Source: a virus
Direction: 5' to 3' (one strand)
Virus record (IMG/VR): IMGVR_UViG_3300037423_000863
Length of the DNA: 46,378 nt
Below are positions 9,001 through 16,017 of the stretch, piece by piece. The translations under genes were made by a program, and so were the position numbers. Below the pieces are notes generated by a model that did not search any database, was not told the DNA's origin, and worked only from the letters and a program-made list of their open reading frames with translations. Position 1 is the first letter of the stretch. Every line of letters begins with the position of its first letter.

Positions 9001-9951
9001 CGGCGCCGCGGTCGACTCCACATCGAAGTCCTGCCGTGCGCCAGTGTCGGAGCCGTTGCCGAACGCGCCGCCAGCGGCGCGAGCCGTGCGCTGCATGCCG
9101 CGAACAGCTGCGTTGCCGCCCGCTTCGAACAGCGTCTGTCCGAGCTTCGTGGGGCGGTTCATGAGCGCCGTGGTTCCGGCCGCAATCGCGATCTTCTCGG
9201 GGTTCAGGTCTTCGCCGGTTGCCAGCTCGCGAGCGGTTTCTTGTCCAGCTCCGAGCGTCGCACCGACTGCCGCGCCTCCGACCGGATGCGCGAGGGTCCG
9301 CGTCAGCAGTGATGCGTCTTCGCCAACGGGCAGGCGCGTAAATCCGGGGCGCATGGTGAGCAGCGAAGGGATTTCACTACCGGCGAAGCTCACGATTGGG
9401 TGCTGCGCCTGTTCCGCCTGTTGCGTTGCAGCGTCTTGCCCGATTGCCTTCTGGACGCCCTCGGGAAGAAGCGAGATAGCTTTCTGCTGCGCCTTGTCCA
9501 CCAGGTAGCCAGCGCCCGCTGCAGAAACCAAGCCGCCCAGCACGGCTGCGAGCCCGTTGGCCGCCGTCCCGATAACAGGGATCGCTTCGACCGGAGCCGT
9601 CAGGGTTCCGGCGGTCGCAAACCCCGCGCCGAACGCAGGAGCTGCTGCGACTGCAGGAGCAACGGCGCGCTCGGCTGAGTGAAGCAGGGTGCTTGCACGG
9701 CTGGGGCGCGGCTGCGTGTCTTTGCCTGTAATGAGGTCGCTAAGGGTGATTGGTTTTGTGCCGAACAGGTAGTCGGTAACGCGATCAATGACGCCGGGCC
9801 CCTCATCGGCAGCAGGCTTCGCCGCGACAGGCTTGCCGCCCTTCGGCACAAGGTCCGCGAACGCATTGGACGAAGCCACAGGCTTCGGCTGCGGCGCCGC
9901 AGGAGCGGGCCGGTTGCCGGGGATCAGATCATCGAACGGGTTCGTTGCCAC
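3055..9951 (-). CDS. giant virion-associated polyvalent-protein ORF (ParB-like N-part, HExxH zincin C-part); continuity across 6810..7613 uncertain
   Basis: Uninterrupted 2,298 codons from GTG 9951 (TAGTG overlap with the upstream gene). LQNRDRS...LSGNGRVLAI (ParB/Srx-like) near 8500..8680. SFSHEWGHALDYY near 6350..6380. Gly/Ala-rich hydrophobic segments at both termini. The central segment looks non-coding in this frame. Confidence 0.55.
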   Translation of the reverse strand: MATNPFDDLIPGNRPAPAAPQPKPVASSNAFADLVPKGGKPVAAKPAADEGPGVIDRVTDYLFGTKPITLSDLITGKDTQPRPSRASTLLHSAERAVAPAVAAAPAFGAGFATAGTLTAPVEAIPVIGTAANGLAAVLGGLVSAAGAGYLVDKAQQKAISLLPEGVQKAIGQDAATQQAEQAQHPIVSFAGSEIPSLLTMRPGFTRLPVGEDASLLTRTLAHPVGGAAVGATLGAGQETARELATGEDLNPEKIAIAAGTTALMNRPTKLGQTLFEAGGNAAVRGMQRTARAAGGAFGNGSDTGARQDFDVESTAAPMAPDGAPQLPAPEANPFADLVPAKPSGGPATAPVPKLPAPEPVASVAPAEGNGPGSAGTAGDVPALATAKPSEPQPLQDGEQHVRTPAGNKVRTRMEVVDAATLNKATGSLQNRDRSKDTTALQVQDIVGKFDPELLGSDPSSDRGAPIVAPDHTVLSGNGRVLAINNIYDAHPDKADAYKRFIESQGFSTEGMDRPVLIRRVTQDMTPEEARQFVVESNTDNKLELSPVERARSDADGVTPEMLGKYAGGDLNSTANKGFVTEFMKSRTAADLGGMLESKDRLSTKGIERIENAVVAKAYEHPKLLEKLMESSHNEIRAITSSLANVAPSWAKMRAAASSGEIGQHYDITNDLADAAMRVAEARNRGEKPADILSQQDAFSQMSPTTERLIEAFYSPGMKRPASVKAVTKFLQDYVDEAQAQKPTVDMFGESHPGKSPADILNGLLEQRSGEAPLLDMEQGNGTRRPNPGHAGRSSAAAHEEGHSGKGNASQSGHGLHPGDDGGAASATGSSADATGAAGSGRAAAHPEPGSTQRGPEGGSGERAAAEGGDNAAGSHRPDRAGGHLADKENGNGRTNDLRGAGGSASTGAIRQPGGPSAEAARHSGEQPQQRDDRDRPGVSGRSSSSGHPGSSGQRLSNEHDGAAGRVDHGAPEDQGLSGQPRRLEGGGRRMAGSEAGHVREPVRPVRIGSQASRPLLRGDADANPDADAAADERGRDATPTAAPDELLGDAEAPQSVDTHQKTDRGAYQPTFEEASFTNRQSAYSSAIQALGLTEEKFNLLPPKRKAKLLIDALDKLTGIKVAVAPSMPLQYAIDQLLDAHQTLQGMAKVLGIAPKALSLGGSLKLKLIGKASFLGSYNHGQAEITLPKRSNSFSHEWGHALDYYLLDRVSDEQARGLSGLVRDQGADFQPRNVQEAFVNLMNTMFFDGSDIALKIMRLRAQIEKTKSDKQKTALQTQIDNILSGRSRAKEKSRYWQGANAMNKKGGADGDYWTRPTEMLARAFEAWIGFKLANEGLGSEFVGKGNDAYLSDSEERFKLTFPKDEERARIFDAFQTLINSLAAENMLDAHGDPSLAEATGFNDVATPEQKAAVKRSGGKARNILSRLIAPDLDAVDAAFHNRAVDKEERSRRAADPMTAMQKMNNLRSLGFSAAADGVKMVADRWGSKAALTIHDHFAFDLGGTRHVSRVWERSVEMQTNAALNPVFAELEKVGASRFVYTKLTREQNDTLSKLLTLREDQSPNFDDMGLSPLASAIRKAFNNSWYSQRAAGLDIGYVRDSAYLNRQTDRELVAGDPHKFTEQATKVYEIAFDRDVGPDAETIAADPEKLQDFADIALQHKIDGYKELRKAMRAEDGEEGDIAGLVSDMFDDVRSAFAQQSAHNYLDAILHQETFADYTPTTKLPSSEKPRALPAEADELLRDFYNPSPVSSLVHYIHQSVRRAEWNRRFGRPAGTKKSAKTIAQQLDDQMAREGVPAQDRDYVWKLVDRMSGRYRRTGFLANPGVNYALGFLRVKGALAMLGRAFTLSTFEPSTLGVVTGNVLHGAQALAKTWAGILIKGQRHEMMEWARAQGFIRHHLLEHFSALDRFGTTADTPTRWDRLAGGLFRNSGLTFLTAVSDAAVADVGRRSVINDMAHRVVDGGDRGKEAENLMRELGIRDPKTFAKQIVDLNGALPSDEWLQGPEGFDYNTALDRLHFMTIQKPGSAEVAPLSRNPLASYATYSITGFSQAAYRHLLKRNLKRGTRLARDHQWLLLGAMTAGTALSAAVLYLEQFMSSISREYVWNPDRQKEWDKEGTWWKNNAALAASRTFSLGLFDNYINAADGLRFNRDPALSLGAGAYAGQDATNLVSIVKALPTPSYSPQASRIPFVRAPQQSRKTNAAEYHAVAGLYNFAVAPAIGAAVSSVPGGPILSALGGMTTATLTGPIAAEKAAKAIVGPKEGSLGPDGKKVKSGPTAYDHMLDRMFGPVERKKRGH
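6810..7280 (-). CDS. nested +1-frame gene 2, 156 aa, hypothetical (or true 5' end of the zincin protein)
   Basis: AAGGAGAAcggca ATG, 18 nt after the TAG of nested gene 1. Sequence MAEPTIFAGPGVPLQPGQYANPADLRQKL...HRHHGHFFGGTPTPTPTPTPPP... High GC3. Confidence 0.6.
   Translation of the reverse strand: MAEPTIFAGPGVPLQPGQYANPADLRQKLRDTVANSLNSGTTVTVPASPGGPAAPGTPAAPGSGSVMSMMGPLGEWITAHPKIKDYQGNLDGWKAAVDAWRAQRPDMFGSLFDLFGLAHRHHGHFFGGTPTPTPTPTPPPTNVGGTPPPPPPLTSF
7299..7613 (-). CDS. nested +1-frame gene 1, 104 aa, hypothetical
   Basis: GGAGcaaggca ATG. Sequence MGLGDLIRGMLGVVPQLLMKKDTPVKEMLHNPGMGFIPAMMEAQHQQ... About 80% G/C at codon position 3 by hand count, versus about 40% in the giant frame. Confidence 0.6.
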   Translation of the reverse strand: MGLGDLIRGMLGVVPQLLMKKDTPVKEMLHNPGMGFIPAMMEAQHQQPAPQPTPQAQPVPVAPPPILSRDQHNAALRAAVASALQPKVVTTQPVVIDPTGLAGI

Positions 9952-11477
9952 TATACGCCCTGCAGCGGGTGGCCGGTCATCGCTTCAAACCGCGCTTTCA
10001 CCTTGTCAGGGTCCGCGCCCGCTTTGATCGCCGCGAGCGCCTGCTGGGTAACGCTGTCGTTGTTCCGCTTCAGAGCGGTGAAGACTTGATCCACAGCGTC
10101 GGCAGGGTTGCCGCTCTTTTGAAGCAGCTTCGCGGCGCTCGTCCGCATGTTCTGGAACGCGCCTTCAGAAAGCGTCATGTGTTCCGCCGCCGCGCGCTGC
10201 TGGATGAGCTGCGTGATTGTCCCCATGTCCGAGTTGCTGAGTTGCGGCGGCGCCTTGTTGCTCGGTTTGCCCGGAACCGGGAGCCCTTCCACAACGTCGC
10301 GGATGTTGCGCTGTCCACGGTTATAATAGACGTTCAACAGACTGATCCCGGCCTGACGCCCGGCCGCCGGCGAAGCGAAGCGGGCGAAGCCGTTGCCGTC
10401 ATTGCCGACATAGCCTGCCTGAGAGCGAGCGAACGGGCCGTCGACGATGTTGCCCGGATTGTTGTTCTTCGGGTCCGCTCCCTCTGTCGATGCGATCGCG
10501 TCGAAGACCTGAGGGATGTTCTGGCGCGAAAACTGCTGATCCGGGGCGATGCCCAGCCGCGCCTGCATGGCCGCGAGCTTACCATCAACCGCCTGATCGC
10601 TGTTGTTGCCGCCAGCGCTGAAGCGCGGCGTCCAGCCGCCAACGCGCAGGCCGCCAGCACCTACATCGGTTGCATAGCGGCTGTCGCCGCTGGTCAAGTC
10701 CTGACCGCGCACGCGATCCTGATGCTCGAGGTCTTGCCCGCGCATAGTGGTCTTGGCGCTGATGTCCTGACCGCGCTCCGTCGCCGCCGCGCTGATGTTG
10801 GCAACATTCGTCGCTTTGGTGAGGTCCGCCGTGTAGCCCTGCTGCCGAATGTCGTCGGCGCGTCCCGGCGTCAGAGCGAAGTCGGCGCTGGGGCTTACGC
10901 CTTGCGCCGCCATGCCGCGCCGGACCAATCCCTCTCCGCCGCCCATCGCCGTGATCGCGCCAACGATGTCGCCGATGTTCGGGTTCTCCTGCGCCGTGGC
11001 AGCGCTCAGGATGAGCGGGATCATGGCGCGAGCAAGCGAGCTGTCGCTGCCCGTCAGGCCATTTGCGGCAGGGGCAGGGGCGTCAGCCACGACAGCAGCA
11101 GGCGCAGCAGCAACCGGCGCTGCGGCAACGCCGCCCGGAACTGCAGCCGGAACCGCCGTGGTGGCGGCCGGAACCGCCGTGGGGACAGTGGCAGGGGCGG
11201 GCTGCCCCATCGTCGCCAAGATAGTGTCAGCCATCGGGCCGAACGCCCGACGCGCCGCGGTGCGAACCTGCTGATCGCCCGTCTGTGCGCCATAGAGCCC
11301 GGCGTGAGCCCGCGCCTCCTCTGCAGATGCAGAGTAGTTGTCCATCTGCGCCTGCTGCAGCGCCTGCTTCGCCGCCAGCTCGGGATCGCCGAACAGCGCC
11401 TTGCCGACTAGCGACCCAATGACGCCGCCAAGCTGACTGTCGCCGCCGTAGTAGAAGGGGTTTGCGCCACGCGGCAT
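9951..11477 (-). CDS. internal virion/ejection protein, 508 aa
   Basis: Position between small internal proteins and the giant ORF. Three RGQD(I/L) repeats. ASTEGADPKNNNPGNIVDGPF...GFARFASPAAGRQAGISLL motif block. Confidence 0.5.
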   Translation of the reverse strand: MPRGANPFYYGGDSQLGGVIGSLVGKALFGDPELAAKQALQQAQMDNYSASAEEARAHAGLYGAQTGDQQVRTAARRAFGPMADTILATMGQPAPATVPTAVPAATTAVPAAVPGGVAAAPVAAAPAAVVADAPAPAANGLTGSDSSLARAMIPLILSAATAQENPNIGDIVGAITAMGGGEGLVRRGMAAQGVSPSADFALTPGRADDIRQQGYTADLTKATNVANISAAATERGQDISAKTTMRGQDLEHQDRVRGQDLTSGDSRYATDVGAGGLRVGGWTPRFSAGGNNSDQAVDGKLAAMQARLGIAPDQQFSRQNIPQVFDAIASTEGADPKNNNPGNIVDGPFARSQAGYVGNDGNGFARFASPAAGRQAGISLLNVYYNRGQRNIRDVVEGLPVPGKPSNKAPPQLSNSDMGTITQLIQQRAAAEHMTLSEGAFQNMRTSAAKLLQKSGNPADAVDQVFTALKRNNDSVTQQALAAIKAGADPDKVKARFEAMTGHPLQGV

Positions 11478-12202
11478 TAGACAGCTCCCAGCTGCGGAAG
11501 GGTCTGCGAGAATTCGCCGATGCCCGGCCCCGGAAGGAACGACAGCGCCTGCGGGTTGAGCATGTCAGGCGTCACGGTCATTGCTCCGCCGCCGCTCGGC
11601 AGCCCGCTGGCAGCCATCATCGCGGAACCGATTGTTTGCGCCAGCCCGCCAAGGCCGCGAAGCGTCCCGCCCTTGTGCTTCGCAGCGTCCATTTCCGACT
11701 GCAGCACTCCGAGCGAGCCGTTCATGAAACTGCCGATTTGGCCGATGCTCCCGGCGTCTCGGCCCAGCTGGATGTTGTTCGTCTGGAACAGGTCGTTCAT
11801 CCCGCCCAGCGCAGCCATCGCAGCCGCAAGGTTGGACGTGCGCGAGTCCGCCAGCTTGCCCTTCGCTTCCGCATCGGCCTTCACAACCGGGTTCGCCGAA
11901 GCGGAGCCGGGAAGCAGCGGGCCGCCTGAGCTGATTGCTGCAGGCTTCACAGCGCCCATCAGCGCCGCGTCGCGGTTCGCGGTCGCCTTCGCGATCGCAG
12001 TCGGGTCCAACAGCGTGTTCTGCGTCGAATTCAGGCTGTCCTGAAACGCCTGCTGCTGCTGCGCCTTAAAGGCGTTCTGCCGGTCGCGTTCGTTGTTGAA
12101 CGCGGACAGCGTAGCGTTTTCCGCCTTTTTCTGGCCCATGTAGTTGAGCCCGGTGCCAAGCAGCTCGGCTGCGATGGCGGCGACTGCGAGAGGAACGCAC
12201 AT
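11477..12202 (-). CDS. internal virion protein, 241 aa
   Basis: TAATG coupling with neighbours. N-terminal hydrophobic MCVPLAVAAIAAELLGTGL. Assigned by synteny. Confidence 0.45.
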   Translation of the reverse strand: MCVPLAVAAIAAELLGTGLNYMGQKKAENATLSAFNNERDRQNAFKAQQQQAFQDSLNSTQNTLLDPTAIAKATANRDAALMGAVKPAAISSGGPLLPGSASANPVVKADAEAKGKLADSRTSNLAAAMAALGGMNDLFQTNNIQLGRDAGSIGQIGSFMNGSLGVLQSEMDAAKHKGGTLRGLGGLAQTIGSAMMAASGLPSGGGAMTVTPDMLNPQALSFLPGPGIGEFSQTLPQLGAV

Positions 12203-12205
12203 AAG

Positions 12206-12835
12206 CTAGCCCACCACTCGCGACGAACCGCCGCCGCTCGAGAACAGGACAGGGGAGCCGCCGGCGAAGCCTGAGTAACTGTTGGCCGCCCGCGATCCGA
12301 TGCCCGCAATCGTGTTCATGATCCCGACGAAGGCGTTCGCGAGGGGCGAGAAGCCAGCGGGCTGATTGAGGTTCTGCACCTGGCGCAGCGCCGAAGCCGA
12401 AGCCGCGTCCGCGTCGCCGGTCGCGTTCAGCTCCGAGACAAGGTTGCTGCGGGTGTTTTCGACTTGGCTGCGAAGGTCGTTTTCAGAGTTGAGCGCAGCA
12501 TTGGCCGCGTCCAGACGCGCCTGATCGCCGGTCTGCGTGAGCTTCGAGCTTTCATCGTTCGCTGCCGAGCTGTCGAGGTTGCCGGTGCGCGACAGGGCGT
12601 AGATGAGCTGCTTGCGCGCGTCAGATTGCTGCTGGTCAATCTGCGGCGTCGCATACGCCATGTAGTCGTTGTAGCGCTTCTTATAGTAGGCGTCGTTGAA
12701 CCCGCTGAAAGCGCTGTCAATCGAAGCCATCCCGGCTTTGATCTTGTTCTCGCGGTCGACTTCATCCTGACGCTGTTGGTCAGCAATCTGCTGTGCGCTG
12801 TCGTCGCCGCCGCCAAAGAGGGCGCTGAAGCACAT
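12206..12835 (-). CDS. internal virion protein, 209 aa
   Basis: Gln/Asp/Asn-rich helical sequence. Assigned by synteny after the GNAT-like gene. Confidence 0.45.
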   Translation of the reverse strand: MCFSALFGGGDDSAQQIADQQRQDEVDRENKIKAGMASIDSAFSGFNDAYYKKRYNDYMAYATPQIDQQQSDARKQLIYALSRTGNLDSSAANDESSKLTQTGDQARLDAANAALNSENDLRSQVENTRSNLVSELNATGDADAASASALRQVQNLNQPAGFSPLANAFVGIMNTIAGIGSRAANSYSGFAGGSPVLFSSGGGSSRVVG

Positions 12836-13305
12836 TATGGCCTCTCCCAGCTGTAAACGTGGAAGTCCTGACCCTCGCGGCCATAGGCTTTCAGCGTCGC
12901 CTCACGGCGCGCTCCGATTGTTCCTAGCCACCGTTGGACATTGTGATGTCCTTCCATAGACCGGGCCTCCAAGCGGTGCGCTCCCGCCTCCCAAAGCATG
13001 GGAACGATGTCCCTGACGATGAGCCTTGTAACGGGTAATCCGATCTGTTGGAAGTCGTCTGTCGCGAAAAGCCACATAGAAAATACGCCCGGCCACATTT
13101 GCAGGCAGCCAAAGGCGGTGATTGGGTTGTCTTCGAGCCCCGCGACCCAGCCGATATTCCAGCCGAACTTCGTGACGGTGTTGATGAACGACATCATGTC
13201 ATCGTCCGCCCGCGTCGCGAATATCTCCTGACGGTCCAGCTCTCGCATCCGAAGCGCTACCGGCGCGACGAGCTCAGGGCGCCGGTTGATCCTTTCGACC
13301 CACAC
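12835..13305 (-). CDS. GNAT-fold-like virion-module protein (T7 gp13 position)
   Basis: 156 aa. C-terminal AHRLEARSMEGHHNVQRWLGTIGARREATLKAYGREGQDFHVYSW resembles an acetyltransferase-fold C-terminus. Confidence 0.4.
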   Translation of the reverse strand: MWVERINRRPELVAPVALRMRELDRQEIFATRADDDMMSFINTVTKFGWNIGWVAGLEDNPITAFGCLQMWPGVFSMWLFATDDFQQIGLPVTRLIVRDIVPMLWEAGAHRLEARSMEGHHNVQRWLGTIGARREATLKAYGREGQDFHVYSWERP

Positions 13306-14736
13306 TCAGGTCGCCTCCGCCGGTTGGTAGTGCAGGATGATCTTCGACATGCGGGCCGGGCCGTCCGCTTCATTGACGAGCCGCAGCTTCAGGATAGGGC
13401 TGTGCCCCGTCATCCCGATTTGGTCGAGGTTCAAGGTCGTCCCGTTGACTTCTGCGATGATGCTTTCCGCGTCCGGGTTCATGGGATCGCTGTTCGCGTA
13501 AATCTTCCAGCGGCCTTCGCAAACGACATCAATCGCGGTCCAATTCTTGAAGGTCGCGATTTGGCTGGCGTCGATATAGGGCAGGTCCACTTCAACGGTG
13601 ATGTCGTTGTAGGTCTGCCCGTCCGCGCCGCCGAGCAGGAAAAGCCCGTCGCCTGAGCGAGCCCACACGCGACCGTCCAGAACCACGAAGTCGCTAATCT
13701 CGACATCGGTGAATTCGTAGGTCGACCATGCCGAGATTTTGTTGCTCGCGAAGTAGGAGAAGACGAAGCAACGGTTGCCGACTGCGAGCATGTAGCGACC
13801 GTTAAGCGGCTCCATGCAGCCTACCGCCGCGAGCTTTTCCGCGTCCGTCAGGGTCGACAGGTAGTCCAGGAGATATTCGTCAATGGCGGTGCCGACATCG
13901 GCGACGCCCGACTGATTGGAGCTGTCGCGGGCGCGAAGGCTGCGAACCCCGCTGTCCGCGAGGAAGAACACGTCGATGTCGCCGAACGGCACAACCGACT
14001 TCGGCGCATAGGTGCCGATGTTCTCGAGCACCTGCTTCTGGACGTTCTGCAGTGGGTCGGGGTCCAAATACCAAATTTGCACCGCGCGCCGCGCGAAGAC
14101 GGCCATCCAATTCTGATAACGCCCCAGCGCCGTGAGCGCTTCCGAACCCGCCGTTTGGTTCGACATGTTCTTGAAGCCCGAACCGACATAGGTTGGCGGG
14201 TCCGCAGTGTCGTCTTTCCAGTGGGTCGGGGACTCGATCGCGGAGAAGGCAAGGATAGAGCTTTGGATGCAATAAACCTTGTCTTGGTGCGTCAGCAGCC
14301 AGTTGGGCCGCGTCCCGGCGACGTTCGTTGCGCCGCTCCCGGCGTTGAAGTCGGTGACTTGCGCGCCGTTGTAGAAGGCGAGACGCTTCGCCCCGAAGTC
14401 CGCAATGACGAACGGCTTGCCGTCAAAGAATTCGACGCAGACAACGCCCGTCATGGCATTGCCGCCGGGGTCTTGCAGCCGCTGATAGGTCACGCCAGCA
14501 GGAACGCCGGGATCTACAATCGAACCGAAGACGTAGAGAACGCCATTGGTCCCGGCGAAGCCGAAGGTTCCGGCCGGGAGAACGTAGATTTCCTGAAAGG
14601 CGAGCCGCTTTTCTATCTCGCCGCCGCGCGTAATGTGCGCGTTCTTCAAGGTCTGCAGCGAGCCCTGAGGCGACGCGGCAGGCAGCTTCCGGCGGTCCAG
14701 CCCGGCCCGGAAGTCTTCGATAATGACGTAGGACAT
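13306..14736 (-). CDS. tail tubular/nozzle-like protein, 476 aa
   Basis: Assigned by size and position downstream of the adaptor-like gene in a podovirus-type module. No specific motif recognised. Confidence 0.4.
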   Translation of the reverse strand: MSYVIIEDFRAGLDRRKLPAASPQGSLQTLKNAHITRGGEIEKRLAFQEIYVLPAGTFGFAGTNGVLYVFGSIVDPGVPAGVTYQRLQDPGGNAMTGVVCVEFFDGKPFVIADFGAKRLAFYNGAQVTDFNAGSGATNVAGTRPNWLLTHQDKVYCIQSSILAFSAIESPTHWKDDTADPPTYVGSGFKNMSNQTAGSEALTALGRYQNWMAVFARRAVQIWYLDPDPLQNVQKQVLENIGTYAPKSVVPFGDIDVFFLADSGVRSLRARDSSNQSGVADVGTAIDEYLLDYLSTLTDAEKLAAVGCMEPLNGRYMLAVGNRCFVFSYFASNKISAWSTYEFTDVEISDFVVLDGRVWARSGDGLFLLGGADGQTYNDITVEVDLPYIDASQIATFKNWTAIDVVCEGRWKIYANSDPMNPDAESIIAEVNGTTLNLDQIGMTGHSPILKLRLVNEADGPARMSKIILHYQPAEAT

Positions 14737-15452
14737 TAGGGCTGCGTCGCGACGACAGCGATGCGCGGCGGCCTGCCGCGGCGGTCTTCGCCATCAGAAC
14801 AGCCGCCCAGGACGAACCTGTTGTTGCGCCGCTTGGTCACGCGGCCCTGCAGCAGCGTCAAGCGATTGTCCGCCTGTTGCAGCTTCATTTTCGCCTGATC
14901 GTCCGCGCCCTTGCTGGCAAGCAGCTCGGCGGCGGAGAACAGAACGATGAGCTGGTCATCAAGGTCGGCAACGTCGCTGGCGTTCACAAGCGGCTTCAGC
15001 TTGCGGATGCCGCAGAAGCGCAGAAGCGATCCCGTGCTGGCCGGGATGGGCCACACTTCGATTTGCTCTCCGTTTCCCGTGTCTCGCACGTCCCAGCGCT
15101 CCACGGGATCGCTGCGAACGCCCGCGTCGCTGTTGAAGGCCGAGTAATGGCCGAGCGTGATCCCGCGCTCTACCGGCTCCCAAATGCTGCTAACCTGCAC
15201 GTCGACTGTGTTGACGCGCTCAAGGTTCATGTTGTCGGGAACGTCATAGTATCGTTCACCGGCCTGCAGCACCTTGTCGGCTTGAATTTTCAGGAACGGC
15301 CAATCGAATTGGTCATAGAGGCGTTCCTGCACGTCCTGCAGCGTCTCCATGAACAGCGGCGCCATGTTCTGCGACAGCGCCGGGTTGGGATCATAGCGCG
15401 CGGCGATCCGCAGCTTGGTGATTAGCTCTCCAAGTTGGGTGCCGCGCGCCAT
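14736..15452 (-). CDS. head-tail adaptor / tail tubular A-like protein, 238 aa
   Basis: Assigned by position after the capsid block. Coupled to the next gene. Confidence 0.4.
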   Translation of the reverse strand: MARGTQLGELITKLRIAARYDPNPALSQNMAPLFMETLQDVQERLYDQFDWPFLKIQADKVLQAGERYYDVPDNMNLERVNTVDVQVSSIWEPVERGITLGHYSAFNSDAGVRSDPVERWDVRDTGNGEQIEVWPIPASTGSLLRFCGIRKLKPLVNASDVADLDDQLIVLFSAAELLASKGADDQAKMKLQQADNRLTLLQGRVTKRRNNRFVLGGCSDGEDRRGRPPRIAVVATQP

Positions 15453-15464
15453 GTCCCCCCTCCG

Positions 15465-15935
15465 TTAGCCGGCGTTCTCGGCTTCGGCGTCGCCCGCTCC
15501 ATTCTCCCCCTCGGGAGCGAGCGTCACGTCAACCGTGTCCTCGTCGGCGTCCGTCTCATTGTCTTCTACGTTCACGTCCGGCAGGTTCGGCACGGGCTCG
15601 GGAGCCGCCGGAAGGTCGCCGCCAAAGCCGACTTCCGCGAGCGTGGTCGGCAGGCGCTTCATCGCGCCGGGAAACAGCGTTCCGCAGATGGTTTCCCGCT
15701 TCTCGCCAGCCGAGCCGACGAACGCGCCTGCGCCGCGGTCATAGCGAGCCGACAAGCGCTCGAATTCCTGCTGATGGGTCTTGCGAGAGGTCTTCCCGGT
15801 CGGGCGAACGTCAACGACGCAATCGCTCCCGTGGACAGCCTGCAGCACAAGGATTTCGGCGGGCGTAACGCCAGCCTTCGGGACGATGTTGTTGTTATCG
15901 CCTCCCAGCTTCACCATTACGTTTGCGAGTTGCAT
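15465..15935 (-). CDS. hypothetical structural-module protein with acidic tail, 156 aa
   Basis: Follows the capsid gene. C-terminus NVEDNETDADEDTVDVTLAPEGENGAGDAEAENAG. Confidence 0.5.
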   Translation of the reverse strand: MQLANVMVKLGGDNNNIVPKAGVTPAEILVLQAVHGSDCVVDVRPTGKTSRKTHQQEFERLSARYDRGAGAFVGSAGEKRETICGTLFPGAMKRLPTTLAEVGFGGDLPAAPEPVPNLPDVNVEDNETDADEDTVDVTLAPEGENGAGDAEAENAG

Positions 15936-15978
15936 GGATGCTCCTGTTTGTTGCCCGGATCGCTAGGCCGGAAGGTGT

Positions 15979-16006
15979 GCTGCCGGGAGCCGAAGCCCCC
16001 GGCAGC
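15979..16006 (-). promoter_or_regulatory. stable hairpin with cUUCGg loop just after the capsid gene
   Basis: Minus strand reads GCTGCCGGGGG-CUUCGG-CUCCCGGCAGC (11-bp stem with one G-U pair). No U-tract follows. Confidence 0.5.
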
Positions 16007-16017
16007 AGCGGGACCGC

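Noticed and set aside
8379-9023. Same-strand off-frame ORFs inside real genes, for example 8379..9023, 4455..5072, 16517..17068, 24541..25110, 37428..37967 and 42453..42983.
   Set aside because: They have Arg/Ser/Pro-rich composition and no ribosome-binding sites. By eye they lack the GC3 shift seen at 6810..7613. They serve as the background expectation for chance open frames of about 200 codons.
9945-11411. 488-aa plus-strand ORF antisense to the 508-aa internal protein gene. Similar long antisense ORFs include 3901..4785, 4819..5709, 8482..9312, 20823..22052, 35763..36734 and 42656..43360.
   Set aside because: The translations are Arg/Ala/Gly/Pro-rich, have no RBS and lie opposite clearly coding genes. 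These are typical shadow ORFs of high-GC DNA.
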